A stretch of 32,000 nucleotides of DNA from NCBI RefSeq assembly GCF_003367075.2, contig NZ_CP065936.1, forward strand, positions 1,530,001 to 1,562,000. Direction: 5' to 3'. Shown piece by piece: positions 8,433-16,707 of the stretch; positions within the stretch are counted from its first letter, which is position 1; the number at the start of each line of letters is the position of its first letter. The DNA is from Cylindrospermopsis raciborskii Cr2010 (lineage in GTDB: Bacteria > Cyanobacteriota > Cyanobacteriia > Cyanobacteriales > Nostocaceae). Below the pieces are notes generated by a model. That model had not been told where the DNA came from. It saw only the letters and a program-made list of their open reading frames with translations, and ran no database searches. Both the position numbers and the translations under genes were made by a program.

Positions 8433-10277
8433 TCAACCTTGAGAACCGGTCATAATTAAAACCACTCCCTCTATTTTTTTATCAATCAGAGGGGTTAGAC
8501 CTACATAACACTCAATAATTTTACCTCGACGATTGGTAGATTCTACGCGCACTTCTTGGAAATCTGTCTTCCCCGAGAGAATATCTAAAATGGGCGCTCG
8601 CAATTCCTCTACGGGTAAACTAATATCCAGACTAAATAGAGATTTATTGATTACCTCATCATAACGCAGTCCCCATAAGTCTTCTACCAATTCGTTCCAG
8701 TTTAAAATGCTAAAGTTTTTGTCAATAACTACTATGCCTTTTTGTAAACTCTTGAAAATGCAATTGATAAAAACATTGTTTCGGTTCAGTTCTAAAGTAC
8801 GTTCGCTTAATTCTTGATTAATAGTTTGCAGCTCCTCATTGGCAGAATGCAATTCTTCATTCATAGTCTCTAGTTCTTGATTAGTGGACTGTAATTCCTC
8901 ATTAGTAGTTTCCAGCTCTTCATTGGTAGATTGCAGTTCCTCATTGGTCGTTTCTAATTCTTCATTAGTAGATTGCAGTTCCTCATTGGTCGTTTCTAAT
9001 TCTTGACGAGAACGTTGTAATGCTTCCTGTAGCTCCACATAACGGGTAACGTCATTAAAAGCAATGCTCACTCCTAATAGACTCAAATCATTCTCTTGTA
9101 AGGGTGTAATTAACACATCAAAATACTGTTGTTCCGAGTTGGGAACATAGCGTTCTATACTGTTTAAAGTAATGGGACGACGCTCATTATATGCTCGCTC
9201 AATTAAAGAACGCAATTCTATGGGACGATAGGAAAGCTCCAACTCATAAAACTGACGCTCTAAATCCATTTTTGACAAGCCAAATAAATTGCGAGCTGCT
9301 TCATTAATAATGATTAATAAACCATTGATATCAATCACTATTTCTGCTACGGGTGCTGACTCAAAAGCTAAATCTCGCAGACGAATGTTTTGAGATAACT
9401 GACGACTGGATTCGTCATCTACCGAGTTGGCCATAACTAGCAGGCGATCGCGTATATTTGTTGATGATAACTTAGTAAATAATCTATTTTTTATGTCTAC
9501 AGGCATAAATAAACTAGAATACATTAACAACATTTCTGCTTTTCCTAAAAACAGATAACCAGTATCATTCAAGGCGAAATGAAACCTAGCCATAATACGA
9601 CCCTGAATCTCAGAGTTAAAATACATTAACGTATTACGACATACTAATAGGTCTAGGCGAGAAATAGGAGCATCAATAAATAAATTGTGCCTGCCAAAAA
9701 TCACAGAACGGCGTAAATCCTGACGGAAAATATAATTACTTCCCGTTAAATCAAAATACTTATCACGGAATTTTCTAGGTACGGATTCAACACTTTTAAC
9801 AGGGAATAATGCCTGTCGAGCCTGATTAAGAGCTTCTTCATCTATATCTGTAGCATAAATTTTTACTCGCTGACGAAAATCTTCTGCACCCAGATTTTCA
9901 GTCATCAGTATAGCTAGGGTATAAGCTTCTTCCCCGGAAGCACAACCAGCACACCATATACGAATTTGTTCATTCTTTTTTTTGCTTTTAATAATATTAG
10001 GGATCACTTGATTTCCCAAGTAATCCCAAGCTGAAACGTCCCGAAAAAAATCAGTTACATTGATTAAAATGGTATTAAACAGATTATTAAATTCTTCTGG
10101 ATCAACTTCCAGATAGTCCATATAGTCTATAAAATTATCTATATTTAGTGCTTGAATGCGTTTAGTTACTCTCCGGACTAAGGTAGATCGTTTATAACCG
10201 GTAAAGTCAAAACCTCGGTTTTGTCTAATGTAAGTGAGCAACCTTTCAAAACAAGGATCTTTTTGTTCAAGATTCAT
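8433..10277 (-). CDS. CheR-type protein-glutamate O-methyltransferase domain fused to PAS, heptad coiled coil and a second PAS
   Basis: 614 aa. It has the CheR N-terminal helix bundle (FERLLTYIRQNRGFDFTGYKRSTLVRRVTKRI) and a SAM-binding core (IRIWCAGCASGEEAYTLA...ATDIDEEAL...NLF). Two PAS-like segments flank ten ELxxxN heptads. There is no CheB, kinase or receiver domain. Confidence 0.85.
   Translation of the reverse strand: MNLEQKDPCFERLLTYIRQNRGFDFTGYKRSTLVRRVTKRIQALNIDNFIDYMDYLEVDPEEFNNLFNTILINVTDFFRDVSAWDYLGNQVIPNIIKSKKKNEQIRIWCAGCASGEEAYTLAILMTENLGAEDFRQRVKIYATDIDEEALNQARQALFPVKSVESVPRKFRDKYFDLTGSNYIFRQDLRRSVIFGRHNLFIDAPISRLDLLVCRNTLMYFNSEIQGRIMARFHFALNDTGYLFLGKAEMLLMYSSLFMPVDIKNRLFTKLSSTNIRDRLLVMANSVDDESSRQLSQNIRLRDLAFESAPVAEIVIDINGLLIIINEAARNLFGLSKMDLERQFYELELSYRPIELRSLIERAYNERRPITLNSIERYVPNSEQQYFDVLITPLQENDLSLLGVSIAFNDVTRYVELQEALQRSRQELETTNEELQSTNEELETTNEELQSTNEELETTNEELQSTNQELETMNEELHSANEELQTINQELSERTLELNRNNVFINCIFKSLQKGIVVIDKNFSILNWNELVEDLWGLRYDEVINKSLFSLDISLPVEELRAPILDILSGKTDFQEVRVESTNRRGKIIECYVGLTPLIDKKIEGVVLIMTGSQG
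8796..9005 (-). repeat. in-frame 21-bp/42-bp tandem repeat encoding ten (E/Q)EL(E/Q/H)(T/S)(T/M/A/I)N heptads inside the CheR-PAS gene
   Basis: The protein reads QELETTN EELQSTN EELETTN EELQSTN EELETTN EELQSTN QELETMN EELHSAN EELQTIN QELSERT. At the DNA level, 8926-8962 is identical to 8968-9004, a 37-bp exact match at a 42-bp offset. Confidence 0.9.
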
Positions 10278-10638
10278 TTCTCAAAAATCACTAAAGGTTC
10301 GTTACTAATGGATTTTAGCAGTTGTATGGCTGCAGAGGTACGAGATAAACCAAGAAGCCTACTCATCAACTTTATCCATAGTGCTTTGGCTAAAGCTATA
10401 TTATGGCAAGAATTGTCTCAAATTTAAAGCCCTCCTGATAGGATGCTGACTTAATTGACAATTATTGGCATGCAAAATATCTGGAACATTGGTTTCATGG
10501 TAAAGATATTCAAAAAGCTATGCAACGCCAGAAATCCAAATACATTAGTCTAGACAATTTTTTTGATTGGGCGTTGAATTACCTTGATATTAATCCGTAC
10601 CCGATTTGATTGAATTACGCAATAGAATTAGCTCTCTT

Positions 10639-10672
10639 TAACCAGTATTTTCCCTATGGTTAATACTGGTTA
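10639..10672 (-). terminator. 11-bp perfect-stem hairpin 15 nt downstream of the opcA stop; candidate operon terminator
   Basis: TAACCAGTATT (10639-10649) and AATACTGGTTA (10662-10672) are exact reverse complements separated by a 12-nt loop. There is no strong U-tract. Confidence 0.45.
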
Positions 10673-10686
10673 GAAAACTAGTGTAA

Positions 10687-12057
10687 CTAAAGCAACTTCA
10701 TGGTTTTGGTAATTACCTGTAAACTTTCTTCAAACAAAGCTTCACGACCCCAACGTTGCACTTGTTGACTTAATAAGAACTCTGGTTTTTGTTCTGCAAG
10801 GGAATTAACCTGTTGAAACAATCCAGCACTTTGGGCTCCACCCTGAGTTTCCATTCTCATACATCCGCCAGTTTCCGTGCAAATCACTGTACCACAATTA
10901 GCTTCAGGATTAGAAGAACTCAATCGTAGAGCAATTAAATCACCTACGATTTCACCAATATCAGCAACTGGAACACCCGCCAACTCAGCTGCTATTTGTC
11001 TTTGATCCTTAGATACAAAAACAATATTGGTAATGTCATAGTCCCCCGATTCCTTCTGATAAGAAACCGGTTCCCATTCTAAACGACTGGCTAACCAACC
11101 CAAAAATAATAAGGCTTGAGCGGGATTGCCCTTTTCATAATCAATATTCACCCGATCAACTTGTCTTAAAGCTGCTCTACGTTGAGGCGCATCATAAGCT
11201 TCAGCGGTTAGTTCTTGCCATGCAGAAAGTCTGCGCCAATTTAAGTCAGCCAGTGGTACACCCGTATCTGCTAAATCCTGTAGAGTTAATAAATCCTTTT
11301 CAGGAGAATTAAAGTTACAGGAATCAACAATTACATTATTACAAACTGCTGCTAATCTCTTAAATAGAGGGTTTTGGGAGTCAGGAGTAGCTTTCCACCA
11401 TAAAAACTTGGGCAATCCGCCAATTAATAAAGCTGGGATCATGCCACCAATTCGTTCCAGCGCCGTGGTAGTTCCCGTGAGAGTGATATATTCACAACAA
11501 ACCAGGGTGCTGGAACTTTGTTTTTGAATGGGACAATAAGCAGAAACCTGTGCTTTTACCCCTTCATCTTCCCCTGCGATGGGACATAAAGTAATAATTC
11601 GACAAGGGTTACGCAAGGCGATTTCATCAGCAATGGTGGGACTGGTAGGACTGTGAGTATAACCCATGGCCGCACCATGACTGTCTCCGTGTTCTCCACT
11701 ATGCTGAAGTTTGAAATATTCTTTCCGTAAGACACTAATGGTTTCTGATGTGGGAATACCAGTTTCCGACAGACCGTGTTTTTTCTGCACCTCTCGAATA
11801 GAAGTTTTGGTGTGAGGTCCCAAAATACCATCAATTGGACCAGTATAAAAACCAGTTGCTGCCAATAGATATTGGGTTTCTTCTGGCTCATACACCACTA
11901 AAGTAAACGTGGTAGCACGAATAGCTGCTGGTAAAGTTCCATTTTCACCCTGAATACCGTAACTTTGCCAAATCTGAGCCAGTTCATTTTCAATATCCGT
12001 CACGGAAATGTCTTTAGGTGCTTGCAGGGAATAAATTGTAGAAGTTTCAGTTACCAT
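10687..12057 (-). CDS. opcA: glucose-6-phosphate dehydrogenase assembly protein OpcA
   Basis: It lies immediately downstream of zwf. The conserved OpcA N-terminus (..SLQAPKDISVTDIENELAQIWQ..ATTFTLVVYEPEE..) begins just after the ATG at 12057. The track's longer ORF (to 12105) starts on TTG and would overlap zwf by 16 nt, so I prefer the ATG. Confidence 0.88.
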   Translation of the reverse strand: MVTETSTIYSLQAPKDISVTDIENELAQIWQSYGIQGENGTLPAAIRATTFTLVVYEPEETQYLLAATGFYTGPIDGILGPHTKTSIREVQKKHGLSETGIPTSETISVLRKEYFKLQHSGEHGDSHGAAMGYTHSPTSPTIADEIALRNPCRIITLCPIAGEDEGVKAQVSAYCPIQKQSSSTLVCCEYITLTGTTTALERIGGMIPALLIGGLPKFLWWKATPDSQNPLFKRLAAVCNNVIVDSCNFNSPEKDLLTLQDLADTGVPLADLNWRRLSAWQELTAEAYDAPQRRAALRQVDRVNIDYEKGNPAQALLFLGWLASRLEWEPVSYQKESGDYDITNIVFVSKDQRQIAAELAGVPVADIGEIVGDLIALRLSSSNPEANCGTVICTETGGCMRMETQGGAQSAGLFQQVNSLAEQKPEFLLSQQVQRWGREALFEESLQVITKTMKLL

Positions 12058-12089
12058 ATTTTTGCACTTGTCTGTTTGGATCTGTGATT

Positions 12090-13619
12090 CTAGAGTCTGC
12101 GCCAACGACGACCATCTTGATTAATCAGTAATTCTGCTTCTGCTGGTTCCCAAGTACCTGCTTCGTATTGAGGCACGGTATCAGGATCTGATGGTAAGTC
12201 CCATACGGAAAGCGCAGGTGTTACTACACGCCAAGCTGCTTCCACTTCGTCTGAACGAGTAAATAGGGTTTGATCCCCCATCATACAGTCTAAAAAGAGT
12301 CGGTCATAAGCATCTGATGTGGCTTCTATACCAAAAGAACCGTAAGTGAAATCCATATCCACAGAACGAGTGCGGAAATCTCCACCAGGCATTTTTACAT
12401 CAAAACGTAAGGAAATACCCTCATTGGGTTGGATCCGCATGGTTAAAATATTAGCATTTGCTTGTAAGGCCGCAGAAGGGAACATTCTGGAAGGAACTTC
12501 CCGAAAATGAATGGAAATTTCACTCACTTTTTTGGGCATCCTTTTACCAGTTCGCAGGTAAAAAGGTACTCCTTGCCATCTCCAGTTATCCACCACAAAT
12601 TTCATGGCTACGTAAGTAGGTGTTGTTGAGTTAGGATCCACCCCCGGTTCCTCCCGGTAACCAGCAACTGGTTGTCCTTTCATCCACCCCCCACTATATT
12701 GTCCCCGAATAGCAGAACGGGATAAGTTATTAACATCAGCCAATCTAGTAGCTTGTAATACCTTTACTTTTTCCGTGCGAATACTATCCGCATCCATGGA
12801 ATTAGGTGCTTCCATAGCTGTCAAACAATAAAGCTGCATTAGGTGATTTTGCAGCATATCCCGTAAGGCTCCGGACTTCTCGTAGTATCCTGCCCGATCT
12901 TCCACACCTACGGTTTCAGCAACGGTGATCTGCACATGATCCACAAATTGCCTATTCCACAGGGGTTCAAAGATAGCATTGGCAAATCGGAACACTAGCA
13001 AATTTTGAACGGTTTCTTTGCCCAAATAGTGGTCGATACGGTAGACCTGGTTTTCTTTACAAACCTTTTGTACTACTTGGTTCAGGCTTTGTGCTGATGC
13101 TAAATCCCTACCAAAGGGTTTTTCAATCACTAGACGGTGTTTGTATGGGTCTTCTAACATTCCCGCTCCCCCCAATTGCTTAATTGCTTCTGGGAAAAAA
13201 TTGGGAGCAACCGAAAGGTAAAACATCCGATTCCCCCTTGTTCCCCGTTGGGGATCAAGTTCGGCAAGGAAATTTTTCAGTTTTTGATAACCTTCTGGAT
13301 TGTCTATATCACCTGCACAGTAGAATAAACCTTGACAAAAGTCCTGCCAAAGCTCTCCTAATTCCACTTTAGGATGGGCTTCTCGCATACCTTTTTCCAT
13401 CTGTTCCCGAAAATAGTTATGACTCCAGTCACGACGGGCCACACCCACAATGGTGGTTTCTGGGGGAATGCGTCTTTCTCGACGGAGTTTGAACAGAGCA
13501 GGAACAAGTTTACGCCAGGTTAAATCACCGGAAGCACCAAAAATCACAATAATTTGGGGTTCTGCCATCCCCTGTTGTTGTAACCCAACGCGCAAGGGAT
13601 TTTCTAACAAACTGACCAT
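12090..13619 (-). CDS. zwf: glucose-6-phosphate 1-dehydrogenase
   Basis: 509 aa. It has the NADP-binding motif GASGDLT, the active-site motif RIDHYLGKE, and a full-length G6PD C-terminal domain. Confidence 0.96.
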   Translation of the reverse strand: MVSLLENPLRVGLQQQGMAEPQIIVIFGASGDLTWRKLVPALFKLRRERRIPPETTIVGVARRDWSHNYFREQMEKGMREAHPKVELGELWQDFCQGLFYCAGDIDNPEGYQKLKNFLAELDPQRGTRGNRMFYLSVAPNFFPEAIKQLGGAGMLEDPYKHRLVIEKPFGRDLASAQSLNQVVQKVCKENQVYRIDHYLGKETVQNLLVFRFANAIFEPLWNRQFVDHVQITVAETVGVEDRAGYYEKSGALRDMLQNHLMQLYCLTAMEAPNSMDADSIRTEKVKVLQATRLADVNNLSRSAIRGQYSGGWMKGQPVAGYREEPGVDPNSTTPTYVAMKFVVDNWRWQGVPFYLRTGKRMPKKVSEISIHFREVPSRMFPSAALQANANILTMRIQPNEGISLRFDVKMPGGDFRTRSVDMDFTYGSFGIEATSDAYDRLFLDCMMGDQTLFTRSDEVEAAWRVVTPALSVWDLPSDPDTVPQYEAGTWEPAEAELLINQDGRRWRRL

Positions 13620-13825
13620 AGGGATTTGAGGGTTGAGATTTTGTTGAGATTTTTAATTTGACATCAGGTAATTCTTAATGTAATGGTTACACCAACCAGA
13701 TTTCCTGGCCGTACCCTTCCATTAACAATACCTATACTGGTGACAATATCTTGATTTTCTCTTTTAAAGAGTTCATACGGGACTGGAATAGTTTTAGATC
13801 CCTATCAACTTTCATATTTTCTAGG

Positions 13826-14884
13826 TTAGGAATTGGCAGCTTTCTGTCCTAAATCCTTCCCTAAAAATGACTCTACTTTGGCTACGTCGTCTTTACTACC
13901 GATAATTAGCGGTGTTCGTTGGTGTAATTTGGTTGGCACTAAGTCCAAGATGTCTATTTTTCCATTACTAGCACGACCTCCCGCTTGTTCTATCAGAAAT
14001 GCTAAGGGTGCATTTTCATATAATAATCTTAACTTACCTTCTGGTTTTTGTAATGTCCCAGGATACAGAAATACACCACCTTGTACTAGTATCCGATGAA
14101 TATCACTAACCATAGCCCCACTATAACGTGCTGTATAGCCTTCCGTGCGGTGAACGTAGCGAATATATTCCCTAAATGGTTCCTCCCATTGCCAAAAGTT
14201 GCCTTCGTTTACACTATATACAGGCCCATGTTGGGGAATTTTTACTTTTTCTTCTGTGAGAATAAACTCTCCTAAACTGGGATCTAAGGTGAAAAAATGT
14301 ACCCCTTTACCTATACTATATACCAACATGGTACTGGGTCCGTATAGTATATATCCAGCTGCCAGTTGTTTTCTACCATGGTTTAAGAGGTCTTTTGCTT
14401 CACCGTCTAAGTCTGTTCCTTCCTGTTGTCGAATGGAAAAAATTGAACCCAAGCTCAAGTTGATGTCGGTGTTGGATGAACCATCAATGGGATCATATAA
14501 TAGGGTGTAACGTCCAATTGGGCAGTTTTCTGGAATGTAATAGGGTTTTTCCATCTCTTCGGAAGCAAGACGACAAACTAGTCCACTTTGCTTGAATACG
14601 GATATAAATACTTCGTTGGCATAGATGTCCATTTTTTTGACGGTTTCACCTTGGATATTGGTTTCCCCCGTAAAACCTAAAACATCCTCCATTAATCCCG
14701 CACGGGTGAATCTACGAGCGATTAGTTTACCTGCTAAAGCAATCCGATTCATTAGGGCACTTAGGTCTTGGGCTTGGGAGTCAAAGCTTTCCATCTGTTG
14801 CAGAATATGACGAGACAGGGTTGTACAATCTCTGTCTAAGGTTTTATCTGTGGATGGTTCTGAATTTGCTTTCATTTGTGTCAT
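13826..14884 (-). CDS. fbp: class 1 fructose-1,6-bisphosphatase
   Basis: 352 aa. FBPase class 1 motifs are present (..DPIDGSSN.., ..[17 protein letters not shown]..). It lies upstream of zwf-opcA on the same strand. Confidence 0.94.
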   Translation of the reverse strand: MTQMKANSEPSTDKTLDRDCTTLSRHILQQMESFDSQAQDLSALMNRIALAGKLIARRFTRAGLMEDVLGFTGETNIQGETVKKMDIYANEVFISVFKQSGLVCRLASEEMEKPYYIPENCPIGRYTLLYDPIDGSSNTDINLSLGSIFSIRQQEGTDLDGEAKDLLNHGRKQLAAGYILYGPSTMLVYSIGKGVHFFTLDPSLGEFILTEEKVKIPQHGPVYSVNEGNFWQWEEPFREYIRYVHRTEGYTARYSGAMVSDIHRILVQGGVFLYPGTLQKPEGKLRLLYENAPLAFLIEQAGGRASNGKIDILDLVPTKLHQRTPLIIGSKDDVAKVESFLGKDLGQKAANS

Positions 14885-15051
14885 TTCCTATAGCCTGCTT
14901 GGGAGTGTTGTTTGATCGCAATCTTCTTGTTTTGATGATCTCTCTTCCAATTCCATTCTTTATAGTTTTGATGCGCTACCTTTAACTCTCATTATAGTTT
15001 ATAGCTCTAACCATCTGCAAGGGGACAAATTACACCCACAACCCTAACTCA

Positions 15052-16164
15052 TCAACGAACTCCAGTTTTGGTGCCATTTTTGCCTGCTACATCCTCCGGT
15101 AGTTCCACGCCAAAAACACGAGCAAAAGCCTTTTCTACTTTATAGCCAGAATCAATAGACTCTAAAGGGTCTTTACGTAAACGATGACGTAGGCACAACG
15201 TAATGACTCGACGAATATCTTCAACTGTAACTTCCGTCCGTTCTTCAAATGCAGTTAAAGCCTTAGCTGCACGATTAGTCACAATGTCTCCCCTTAGCCC
15301 ATCCACATCTAACTGTGAACAAACTTCGGAAATTTTGACTCGCATATCATAATCAATATTTACACTTGGCAATAGCTCCTGTGCACTGACAATTTGCTGC
15401 TGTAATAACTCTTGCTGAAATTGATAATTATCTAGAAATTGAGCCGGATTTTGATCAAATTCTGAGCGTTGTTCCACAATTTGCACCCGCAAAGCAGGTT
15501 CTTTGACAGTGTGAATTTCTGCGTGCATCCCAAACCGGTCAAGTAGCTGGGGACGCAGTTCTCCTTCCTCTGGGTTTCCTGAACCAACCAACACAAATCG
15601 CGCTGGATGACGAATGGAAATGCCTTCCCGTTCCACCGTATTCCAACCACTAGCAGCAGAATCAAGCAGTACATCCACTAAGTGGTCATCTAATAGGTTG
15701 ACTTCATCCACATAGAGAATACCCCTATTGGCTTTGGCTAATAAACCCGGTTCAAACGCTTTCACACCTTCGGATAAAGCTTTTTCAATGTCAATGGTAC
15801 CACAAACTCGGTCTTCCGTTGCACCCAGTGGTAAATCCACCATTTGCACCTTTTTATGACCAATGGCAATTTCTAAACCTTCGGCTACTTGTTGACGTAC
15901 TTCATCACTCATCAAGTCCGGATCGCTAGGATCACTGTTAAAGGGATCATTAGCCACTACAGGAATCTCTGGCAATAAATCCGCTAAAGCCCGAATTGTG
16001 GTAGATTTACCAGTACCGCGATCGCCCATAATCATTACGCCACCGATTTTGGGGTCAATTACGTTGAGCAATAGGGCTAGTTTCATTTCTTCCTGACCAA
16101 CAATGGCGGTGAATGGGAAGACTACGCGGCGTGTACTTGTCTTAGATTGAGCAGTTGAAGTCAC
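15052..16164 (-). CDS. chlI: magnesium chelatase ATPase subunit I
   Basis: 370 aa. The sequence [41 protein letters not shown] is canonical ChlI/BchI AAA+. The start codon is GTG (16162-16164), and the first in-frame ATG falls inside the conserved core. Confidence 0.95.
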   Translation of the reverse strand: MTSTAQSKTSTRRVVFPFTAIVGQEEMKLALLLNVIDPKIGGVMIMGDRGTGKSTTIRALADLLPEIPVVANDPFNSDPSDPDLMSDEVRQQVAEGLEIAIGHKKVQMVDLPLGATEDRVCGTIDIEKALSEGVKAFEPGLLAKANRGILYVDEVNLLDDHLVDVLLDSAASGWNTVEREGISIRHPARFVLVGSGNPEEGELRPQLLDRFGMHAEIHTVKEPALRVQIVEQRSEFDQNPAQFLDNYQFQQELLQQQIVSAQELLPSVNIDYDMRVKISEVCSQLDVDGLRGDIVTNRAAKALTAFEERTEVTVEDIRRVITLCLRHRLRKDPLESIDSGYKVEKAFARVFGVELPEDVAGKNGTKTGVR

Positions 16165-16707
16165 TAAAAATTACCTTAACAATATTTTTTTCGATTACAA
16201 CTCCCTATTTTGCCATGTTTAGAGGCGATTGAGATCTTTATTGACAACTCCCCTGTCTAAAGACGCAGGGGATTCACAACAAACCTAAGAAAGGTGCGAT
16301 TCCGAGTATTAAATTTTTCTTAATTTATGGATCTGTAGTTTCCTATCTACGGTATTTTGACTATGTCAATTGACACTATCTAGGAGAACCCGTTATGAGG
16401 TACGCTGCTTTCTGGCCAAGATTTTTGGCCTGGCTTATTGATTCCATAATACTATCAATTATAGGATCGTTGTTGGGATTTGTTCTGGGCAAAAAAGCTG
16501 GTGCTATTGCGATTGTTGTTAGTATAGTAGCGAACTGGCTGTACTTTGCAATCTTGGAGAGTTCTGACAAGCAAGCAACTTTAGGAAAGCAGGCTTTAGG
16601 TATAGTTGTGACCGATATGAACGGCGAGCCAATTTCCTTTGCTAGAGCGACTGGCAGGTATTTTGCTAAATTTCTCTCAGGACTGGTTCTTCTGATAGGC
16701 TATATAA

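Noticed and set aside
8796-9005. A regular 21/42-bp periodic repeat that at first glance could be a CRISPR-like or minisatellite array.
   Set aside because: It is entirely in frame within a long CDS and encodes heptad coiled-coil repeats. There are no unique spacers, and the units are contiguous. It is a coding tandem repeat, not a CRISPR array.
10221-10427. A 68-aa plus-strand ORF spanning the 5' end of the CheR-PAS gene and the adjacent intergenic region.
   Set aside because: It starts on a non-ATG codon antisense to the first codons of a well-supported gene. I see no recognisable motif or ribosome-binding site. It is most likely noise.
12058-12105. A 16-codon N-terminal extension of opcA in the ORF track.
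   Set aside because: The extension starts on TTG and overlaps the zwf 3' end by 16 nt. The conserved OpcA N-terminus begins right after the ATG at 12057.
16249-16272. The small hairpin TCCCCTG-N10-CAGGGGA next to a consensus TTGACA (16241-16246) in the chlI/RDD divergent intergenic region.
   Set aside because: It has only a 7-bp stem. No matching -10 element lies at the right spacing, and there is no second copy in the window. The evidence is insufficient to call a promoter, sRNA or repeat.
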